64,000 nt of DNA, taken from the NCBI GenBank assembly GCA_041662585.1, contig JBAZSG010000003.1, positions 33,011 to 97,010 on the forward strand, given 5' to 3'. Numbering within the stretch: position 1 is the first letter of the stretch; every line of letters begins with the position of its first letter. Made by a program: the position numbers and the translations under genes. Source of the DNA: Patescibacteria group bacterium. Lineage in GTDB: Bacteria; Patescibacteriota; Patescibacteriia; UBA1558; GWA2-36-10. This document shows, piece after piece, positions 58,001-64,000 of this stretch. The notes beneath the pieces were generated by a model, which was given only the letters and a program-made list of their open reading frames with translations, had not been told where the DNA came from and made no database searches.

Positions 58001-61000
58001 CGCGACTTAAGTTCCAAAAAGCTTTTGATAAACCTATCAAACTTTTTCTTTTTCTTTCTTTCTCAGCAATATCGGCAGCTTCAGCTATTTGCATTGCTCT
58101 AGCTCCTACTATCTTTTGAGCAAAATCATCTTTTTCCATAGCATCATCCATTCCAGCAAGCTGTGCCTCTTGTATCATTTTGACTTCCAAAGCATCAATT
58201 TTTAATTCAATTTTGGCTCTTTCAGTTTCTTTGATATCAGGTAATTTTATTCTAGCTCTAGCTTCATGAATCAATGTTTCAGCTTGAGCAAAAGTATCTG
58301 TAGTTAATTCAAATTGCTCAAATTCACCAAGAATTTCTCTGGTAGTTTTGACTTCGCTTTTACTTTTGGCAAGTATTTCAGACCTCAGAGAACCAAGCAT
58401 TCTTTGAGAACCCATGTAAGCAGCGCCTATTAAAACATCAGTATTAGCAGTTCCAGCGATGGCACCAGAAGTAAAACCTTTGGCCAAGGCCTGCATAAAG
58501 CTTTCTGGTGGAGTTGTACCAAATATTTTTGATACATAAGACATTCCATATGAGCTTTTGGCTTTATCATCAATTTCATCAAACTTTTCTTGAGCCACTA
58601 CATCACCTAAAATGACATTCATTTCACGAGCTACCATCAAATGTGCTCTGGTTATTAATTCTTTTTTTCCATCTTCATTTAATACTTCACCATCTTTTAG
58701 TGTTTCTAGTGTCTTTTCTATTTGATAGGAAACATATTCTTCAAGGGCATTATTTTCACTAAGATTTTTTATTAACTCTTGTCTTTTTTTTATCTTATCT
58801 TTTTTCAAAGAACCTTCATTCTCTCTAGCACTTTGTGTTATTCTAAGTAACTCCTGGATTGCTTCAAGCTTGGCTTTTTTTTCTTCAAAGTTTTCTCCAC
58901 TAAATGTCCTATTTATGGCTTCATCATTAAATGACAATTCATAAGATTTAGCACTCTGTATTTTTAATTTTTCTTTTTGACTGATATCAAATTCAATCAA
59001 ATCAGACATATCACTTTTTAATTGAGCAAATAGATCTGTTTCACTAAGTCCCTTGTCTGTCAATTTTTCAGCTTTTTTTGCCAAATTTTTCATACCCTTG
59101 GCATTGAATTTTTCAAAGCCTTTACCAAGTGCGTAATTTAAACCAGATGAAAAAGCACCAGCAGCTCCACCAACAGCCATTTTTATAAACAAAGCAGAAC
59201 TACTCATTGTTTTTGCTACCAGCATAGTACCCTTCATAATTATTGCATATTGAGCACCACCTAGTATTCCTTTGGCAAATTTTTTGCCTTCTTTTTTTAG
59301 AGTAGATTCAGGATCTTTATTGGCTGCAATATGTTCTTGCATGATTACTTCTGATTGTAAACAAAAATTTTCAAAGTATTTGTTGATAGCATCTTGCTTA
59401 TAAAGCTCACTAATGTGCATTTCTTGCAATAATTCATCTGTCATCATAGCATTAAATTTTTCTTTTAATGCGTCAATATCTTTTAAGTCTTCTAAAGTCA
59501 AATTTGCAAAAAATTCATTAAATTCTTTGCTTTTAATTCTTTCTGCCTGATTATCTATTTTAAATAATTCAGCTATCTTATCACGAAATCCAGCTGATCT
59601 TGTAGCCACATCCAAAGTTTCTTCCCCACTTTGTATTTTAGTAATAACATTTTTTAATATTTCTGGTGTAAAAAGTTGTTCTGATCCTTGAATAGATATA
59701 TTTTCGCTATCTATTATAGCTATAAGTTCTTCCAAAGATTTGGCGTTTTCAATCAATGCTCTAGCTTTTTCCTCTTCCATTATTGCTTCAGGCTTTGTTT
59801 CAGCTGCAGGAGTTTCTTCAATCTTTTGTGTATCTTCTGTTTTTGGTGTTTCTTCAGGTGCTGGTATTTCAAAAGTTTCTGATGTTTCTTCAAGCAATTT
59901 TTCGGTAGGTCTTTTTGTATTTAAAATTGCTGATAAGGGGTATATAACTTCTCTGTATCTTGCAATTTCTTTTTCTGAAGATGCTTTTTCTTCCCCAGTT
60001 TTTTCTTTTGGTTTACCATAAGTATCATTGTTATCATCAGGTTCATAAGAATAGTCTAATTCACCATTTAGATTGTTAACAAAATAAGTTAAAACAGCCT
60101 CCATTTCTTGGAAATTGCCAGATTCCAATTGTTTTATTTGAGTATTAACTTGTTTTTCCATTGCTTGATAAAAATCTAGAGCACCTTCTTTATATGGTTC
60201 TTTACTTTTTAAAATATCTTTTAAGAGGTTAACGCCTTTTTGTATTATTTCCTGATCTGTCTGTTCACTTTCTGTTGGAGTTTCGATAAGAGGTCTTTTT
60301 GTATTTAAAATTGCTGATAAGGGGTATATAACTTCTCTGTATCTTGCAATTTCTTTTTCTGAAGATGCTTTTTCTTCAGGATTGTAAGAGTAATGCAATT
60401 CATTATCTAAGTTGTTAATAAAATAAGTTAAAACAGCTTCCATTTCATTAAAATCATCAGACTCTAGTTGTTTGATTAGAGTATTGATTTCTCTTTCCCT
60501 TTCTTTATAAAAATTTGGGTCTTGTTCTTTATATTGCTCTGCACTTTTTAAAATATCTTTTAAGAGGTCAACACCTTTTTGTATTATTTCTTGATCTGTT
60601 TTCTCAACTTCAATATTTTCAGAGCTTGTTTCAACTACTGGTGTTTTTAGAACATCTGGTGTCTCGGGTATTTCAGGGGTTTCTGGAGTTTTTTCGTCAG
60701 GTGTTATATTTTCTAAAACTGGCTCTGAATTTTTTTGGGTTTTTGTTTTCAAGTATCCTCCTTTTTTTCTTTTACTTTGTTCAACAAAACCATCAACTAA
60801 ATCCTCAACTAACCTATCGGTAGCTGGTATTTTTGATTTATTGGGTATTTTTGGTACTGTAAGTGGAGTTTGATAATCAACATTTTCAGAATCAATAACT
60901 TGTCCAGAAGCTGGCTCATAGTGGTGGTGGTCAGTAACTTTTTTAGAACTTCTACCATATGTCATAGCAACTTCACCTATAGCTTTTTTAGCTTCCATAG

Positions 61001-61241
61001 CAGCTATTTCAGCACCTTGATTGATGTTGTCTAGAGCAATTTTTTCTGTATCATCAAGCCCAGATTTAATATCTTCGGGTAATTGTTTTAAATTAAGAAT
61101 TTCATCATCAATATTTTGAGTTGTTTCTGTGACAACTGTTTCTAAACTAGGAATAGTTTTTTCATCTTCATAATTTCCTGATAGAAGTTCTCTTAACTCG
61201 TCATCTGGTAATAGACCAGTCTTTATTTTTTTTCTAGTCAT
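55092..61241 (-). CDS. giant (2049 aa) acidic repeat-containing protein, unknown function
   Basis: Single uninterrupted ORF. There is an internal ~120-aa tandem repeat (DQEIIQKGV(D/N)LLKDILKS...EKASSEKEIARYREVIYPLSAILNTKRP) with an 88-nt stretch identical at 59907-59994 and 60293-60380. Gly/Ala-rich hydrophobic segments occur mid-protein. Confidence 0.65.
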   Translation of the reverse strand: MTRKKIKTGLLPDDELRELLSGNYEDEKTIPSLETVVTETTQNIDDEILNLKQLPEDIKSGLDDTEKIALDNINQGAEIAAMEAKKAIGEVAMTYGRSSKKVTDHHHYEPASGQVIDSENVDYQTPLTVPKIPNKSKIPATDRLVEDLVDGFVEQSKRKKGGYLKTKTQKNSEPVLENITPDEKTPETPEIPETPDVLKTPVVETSSENIEVEKTDQEIIQKGVDLLKDILKSAEQYKEQDPNFYKEREREINTLIKQLESDDFNEMEAVLTYFINNLDNELHYSYNPEEKASSEKEIARYREVIYPLSAILNTKRPLIETPTESEQTDQEIIQKGVNLLKDILKSKEPYKEGALDFYQAMEKQVNTQIKQLESGNFQEMEAVLTYFVNNLNGELDYSYEPDDNNDTYGKPKEKTGEEKASSEKEIARYREVIYPLSAILNTKRPTEKLLEETSETFEIPAPEETPKTEDTQKIEETPAAETKPEAIMEEEKARALIENAKSLEELIAIIDSENISIQGSEQLFTPEILKNVITKIQSGEETLDVATRSAGFRDKIAELFKIDNQAERIKSKEFNEFFANLTLEDLKDIDALKEKFNAMMTDELLQEMHISELYKQDAINKYFENFCLQSEVIMQEHIAANKDPESTLKKEGKKFAKGILGGAQYAIIMKGTMLVAKTMSSSALFIKMAVGGAAGAFSSGLNYALGKGFEKFNAKGMKNLAKKAEKLTDKGLSETDLFAQLKSDMSDLIEFDISQKEKLKIQSAKSYELSFNDEAINRTFSGENFEEKKAKLEAIQELLRITQSARENEGSLKKDKIKKRQELIKNLSENNALEEYVSYQIEKTLETLKDGEVLNEDGKKELITRAHLMVAREMNVILGDVVAQEKFDEIDDKAKSSYGMSYVSKIFGTTPPESFMQALAKGFTSGAIAGTANTDVLIGAAYMGSQRMLGSLRSEILAKSKSEVKTTREILGEFEQFELTTDTFAQAETLIHEARARIKLPDIKETERAKIELKIDALEVKMIQEAQLAGMDDAMEKDDFAQKIVGARAMQIAEAADIAEKERKRKSLIGLSKAFWNLSREEKLKVFAKAGYEGAKGALAGAIGSELVSFGSTTMNGGSYDINAGLDNVLNRVTLNAGAAAARTETIVEDIKNIVTDADENQDTATTNTSHVEIPKPVSETKEELEEKIITSDTTQNTETNQSDTTTQSPEIKNPIHETANEESKLFYKLENQKSSPPDWNNLEHIDTTQTTQPDTTNEQKTEETINPEVEKIINIFEKGVTIEDLDKVVCELDNDPKSQEAINARHALNHLLDDGTLTLEQYKQAIATHVGQELNLSNEEIAKNAIENSQIDIKTVIEVQDRLELEKEFGINSFDGDITSEELNKIAEQIHGAKAGEATALLEKLYQSGLINDEQKFSIEHASIKHTGFKEIEKDEPETKTGESIKRNLSLELAKDGAPKHLEQVFYRVGIDSMHFGDEITNVEAAQILNIGANMTKLSEGHDIAGISAEDFQKYVSVENGKVVVNDYDGFQDNIVRVLVAHAEETITTENIENSGAVAYIDNIKDATWGDMLKPENIAAEQIKLDQQQIDAAENRLFQATLNNTELGELATDLAFKDEDSGTFVIDNEEILIKDNEVVRVGDTNLENPIILNNKEAGEELIDRVSEVKAEKLLSLIEDTKAEMTERLNTQLANFESQKIIENIPALATPEYDINTELETTLTKLGFVDDYGKAEWDFLKKESVSDLLDEKIEGYSEQNNQLLERHHRSHMQEFIQEAINKGDVHDKSITIEEAIKELATKNTIEKLRHDMDVAEIKVNNMEKNSSKAETVANDEEAAVVEKAMPETTINPEIENVSNIKPETAMELLKSWNPDIDTSRPDYEEIAIGLANNVLTERADLFEKYNISNEGTEQERLERITDLVKQLEAQGEEIDQLPPSTNEMSTDDQLDNIEDYALSPDEETPVAEINSITMNELYKGFYNKELVSTSEFDQMDHTELQNLKTELAKMQTILKEGPPNNSNFSLDKINKAVEENANIISKIDKQLAK

Positions 61242-61256
61242 ATAATTAAAATATAA

Positions 61257-61442
61257 TTAATATCTATCTTTTAACTCTTGAAGTTTTTCAGCTATTTTTT
61301 GATCATCAATTCTTTGAGCAATGGCTTTAACTATTTTATCCTTGTCTTGTCTTAATCTATTCAATTTGATAACAAATAAATCATAAATCTGCTGGATTTC
61401 TATAATGCTATCTTGAGTTGATTTATTATTAGTTTGTGGCAT
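61257..61442 (-). CDS. hypothetical small protein (61 aa)
   Basis: ORF immediately upstream of the giant gene on the same strand. Confidence 0.3.
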   Translation of the reverse strand: MPQTNNKSTQDSIIEIQQIYDLFVIKLNRLRQDKDKIVKAIAQRIDDQKIAEKLQELKDRY

Positions 61443-61447
61443 ATTTT

Positions 61448-61783
61448 TTATTTACTCAAAGCGTCTTTCATTTTAGCTGTACGATCAAAAAAGTTATAGG
61501 CATAGTCATCCAAAAACTTTTTTTGTTCTTCAGCAAAGTTGGGTATTTTTTTAATAAAGAATTGATTTAATTCTTCACCTGAGGCTTTATTATCTACTTT
61601 TTCATAGTAAGCTTCTAATTGTTCGGTAGATAGTTTGGCTAGTAAAAATAAACCCATTTTTTTCTCTAGTTGCTCTGCCAATCTATCTACATAGTCAGTA
61701 TCTATCTTACCATCAGCATTTGTTAAATTTGCCTTGCTAAGTAAGGCCGTAATAAATTCTTGAGCAAATGATTGTTTTGTCAT
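61448..61783 (-). CDS. hypothetical protein (111 aa)
   Basis: ORF only. Confidence 0.35.
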   Translation of the reverse strand: MTKQSFAQEFITALLSKANLTNADGKIDTDYVDRLAEQLEKKMGLFLLAKLSTEQLEAYYEKVDNKASGEELNQFFIKKIPNFAEEQKKFLDDYAYNFFDRTAKMKDALSK

Positions 61784-61836
61784 ATTTTTATAGTTATTGT
61801 TAGTTTTAATATATATTATATTATACCAAAAAAAGC

Positions 61837-62421
61837 CTAAGTATCAAACTTGGCTAATAATTTTTTGGTTAATTTAACTGGCAAACCAAGTACACTATCC
61901 TCTTCACCTTGTATTTTCAGTATATAAGGCTTTATTAGCGGATCATTGGTTGAAAATCCCCCAGCTTGTGTAAATACATTTCCTTCAGCTATCAACTTGT
62001 CTATAATATTATCAGGAATGCTTTTAAAATATACTTTTTTAGAATCAGAAGCCTCTACTCTTTTTCCTGTACTAGTATCAGTGACTACTATGGTATTGAT
62101 AGCCTCAGCTGGATATTTTGCATAGCTTTTTAAAAACTCTCTAGCTTCTTGTGGTGTCTCTGGTTTTTCACGTATTGTACCATTATAATTTATTACTTGA
62201 TCAGCAGTAATAAGTAATGCTACTTCGTTTATTTTTTTTATTAAAGCATCGGCTTTGGCGTTAGCCAATTTGCTAGTCAGTATTTGAGGATTGTCGTCTC
62301 TGATAGCTTTTTCATCAATATCAGCTGTCAGTACTTCAAAATCATAGCCCATTTTTTCTAGCACCGCTTTTCTTCCTTTAGACGCACTACCTAGTATAAT
62401 TTTATATTTTTTAAGCCCCAT
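61837..62421 (-). CDS. maf: Maf-family nucleoside triphosphate pyrophosphatase (start moved to [14 protein letters not shown])
   Basis: [22 protein letters not shown] is a Maf N-terminal motif. The track start at 62466 would overlap secA by 56 nt. Confidence 0.75.
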   Translation of the reverse strand: MGLKKYKIILGSASKGRKAVLEKMGYDFEVLTADIDEKAIRDDNPQILTSKLANAKADALIKKINEVALLITADQVINYNGTIREKPETPQEAREFLKSYAKYPAEAINTIVVTDTSTGKRVEASDSKKVYFKSIPDNIIDKLIAEGNVFTQAGGFSTNDPLIKPYILKIQGEEDSVLGLPVKLTKKLLAKFDT

Positions 62422-64000
62422 GACATTTTTTATATTTTTTACCAGATCCGCAGTAGCAGGGATCATTGCGACCTATGCGTTGACCAGAGGCATCAGTTGG
62501 TTTGTTGGATACAGCAGTATTTTTGGCCTCGCGATTGGTCACCTGTTTTTGAAATGGTTGATAGCCTTGTTTTTGTTCTTCAAAAACTTTTTGACTTTCT
62601 CCTGGTCTAGGAGCCTTGTTCCCTCCACTGACAGTATTTCTTTTTAGACTTATCTTAAATACAGAATAAACTATTTGTTTGCGAATAGCATCAAGTAAAG
62701 TATTAAACAAAGTAAAGGCTTCGCGTTTGTATTCTACTAGAGGATCTCTTTGTCCATAACCTTGTAAGCCAATACCAGTACGGAGTTTATCCATAGCTGT
62801 CAGGTGCTCTACCCATAATGTATCTATACTTTTGAGTACAATACTACGCTCTATAATTTGCATCGGTGTCCATGTCTTATCATCCATGGTGACATGGGTA
62901 TTGATGTCTTCTGTTAGTTTTAAATATTTTTCTTTGGCAATAGAATCTATATATTCAATCAAAGTATCTCTATTGACATGACTATTTGTTTTGCCGTTGA
63001 TGTCCAAAAGTTCTTTTAGCTTATTTTCTTCAGCAGATTCTAATAGAAAAATAGATTTTATAGTTTCCAATATTTCCTTGGGGTCAAAGTCAGAAGTATT
63101 TTTTCCACTTAAAGTATGAAAGGATACTACATTTTCAATTTCTTTGTTTACATATTCAAGTACTATATCTTGGGAAGTGCGTTCAGATTTGTGCTCTTTA
63201 TCAGAAAAAATTTCTAAGAGTTGTTGGCGTGAGCCATAGACTACTTGGCGATGTTTATTGATAATATCATCATATTCTACCAAATGTTTTCTAATATCAA
63301 AGTTGTGTCCTTCTACTTTCTTTTGGGCAGATTCTATAGAGTTGGAAATAATCTTATTTTCTATGGGCACATCTTCAGCCAAACCTAGTTTGTCCATCAC
63401 ATTTTTCATACGATCTGAACCAAAAACACGCATCAGATCATCTTCCATGGAAATATAAAATCTAGAAGAACCTATATCACCTTGACGACCAGACCTACCT
63501 CTGAGCTGATTGTCTATACGACGTGATTCGTGACGCTCAGTACCCAAAACATGCAAACCACCTAGTTTGATAATTTCCTCATACTTAGCTTTGTCATATG
63601 GTGCACCGCCCAAGATAATATCCACACCACGACCAGCCATATTGGTAGCCACAGTTACAGCTCCTTTGCGTCCAGCTTGAGCGATTATTTCGGCTTCTTT
63701 TTCATGAAATTTGGCATTAAGTAGATTATGAGGAATACCAGCTTTGTCTAGTAAATTGCCTAGTTCTTCATTTTTTTCAATAGAAATAGTACCAACTAAT
63801 ACTGGCTGTCCTTTTTCATGACGGGCTTTTATTTCTCGAACAATAGCCTTGAGCTTGCCTCGATAGTTTTTGTAGATTCTATCCCCTTGATCATCTCTAG
63901 CAAAAGGCTTGTTGGTAGGGATTACAGTCACATCCAAGCTATATATTTTGGCCATTTCTTCAGCTTCAGTAGCTGCTGTACCTGTCATACCAGCTAGTTT
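62411..64000 (-). CDS. secA: protein translocase ATPase SecA, C-terminal ~530 aa (5' end beyond the window)
   Basis: DEAD-like helicase C-domain motifs ([10 protein letters not shown]) and a C-terminal zinc-binding tail [15 protein letters not shown]. Confidence 0.9.
   Translation of the reverse strand, partial: KLAGMTGTAATEAEEMAKIYSLDVTVIPTNKPFARDDQGDRIYKNYRGKLKAIVREIKARHEKGQPVLVGTISIEKNEELGNLLDKAGIPHNLLNAKFHEKEAEIIAQAGRKGAVTVATNMAGRGVDIILGGAPYDKAKYEEIIKLGGLHVLGTERHESRRIDNQLRGRSGRQGDIGSSRFYISMEDDLMRVFGSDRMKNVMDKLGLAEDVPIENKIISNSIESAQKKVEGHNFDIRKHLVEYDDIINKHRQVVYGSRQQLLEIFSDKEHKSERTSQDIVLEYVNKEIENVVSFHTLSGKNTSDFDPKEILETIKSIFLLESAEENKLKELLDINGKTNSHVNRDTLIEYIDSIAKEKYLKLTEDINTHVTMDDKTWTPMQIIERSIVLKSIDTLWVEHLTAMDKLRTGIGLQGYGQRDPLVEYKREAFTLFNTLLDAIRKQIVYSVFKISLKRNTVSGGNKAPRPGESQKVFEEQKQGYQPFQKQVTNREAKNTAVSNKPTDASGQRIGRNDPCYCGSGKKYKKCHGA

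Noticed and set aside
59907-60380. Identical 88-nt direct repeat that could suggest a CRISPR-like or intergenic repeat array
   Set aside because: Both copies lie in frame inside the giant ORF and encode the repeated protein module. There are only two copies and no spacer-repeat periodicity.
62422-62466. Track start of maf at 62466, overlapping secA by 56 nt
   Set aside because: The internal Met at 62421 gives the canonical Maf N-terminus (KIILGSAS) and only an 11-nt overlap.

Overview
The window is AT-rich (roughly 30% GC by eye) and gene-dense, with many short or overlapping intergenic junctions. It most likely comes from a small-genome bacterium; the gene content, a giant ORF and an RNA polymerase alpha subunit lacking its C-terminal domain are compatible with a CPR/Patescibacteria-like organism, but that placement is inference. 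Housekeeping blocks are clear: a truncated cell-wall synthesis (dcw) cluster (mraY-murD-ftsW-murG-murC-murB) runs straight into infA-rpmJ-rpsM-rpsK-rpsD-rpoA-rplQ-rplM-rpsI. There is a large envelope-glycan locus (Wzx-like flippase, GT4 and GT2 glycosyltransferases, Wzy/O-antigen-ligase-like protein), plus lysS, rdgB, a cyclophilin, serS, alr, an ftsQ-like gene, two tyrosine recombinases, gltX, def-fmt, pyrD, maf and the 3' part of secA. The most unusual region is the first ~13 kb. It holds a tandem array of at least five paralogous proteins whose only conserved part is a C-terminal 'PEP-utilizing enzyme mobile domain' (phosphohistidine swivel; motif TDEGGxTCHAAIVSRELxIPCVIG), each carrying a different N-terminal domain, one of them a winged-helix DNA-binding domain. 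A free-standing PEP-synthase-type ATP-grasp (PPDK_N) protein sits alongside, and four histidine-phosphatase-superfamily genes are interleaved. Two of those four lie on sharply GC-rich islands (roughly 55% GC versus ~30%) that have native-looking consensus promoters and GC-rich hairpin terminators. An orphan 3' relic of a sixth paralog lies next to a higher-GC rmlD/rmlA-like insertion. A third GC-rich island at 54.1-55.0 kb encodes a signal-peptide protein convergent with a 2049-aa giant protein that contains an internal tandem repeat. A ~430-nt GC-rich, strongly structured transcript (12.88-13.32 kb) between a consensus promoter and a strong terminator may be an ncRNA or a structured leader with a 30-aa sORF. 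No CRISPR array, rRNA or tRNA was found.
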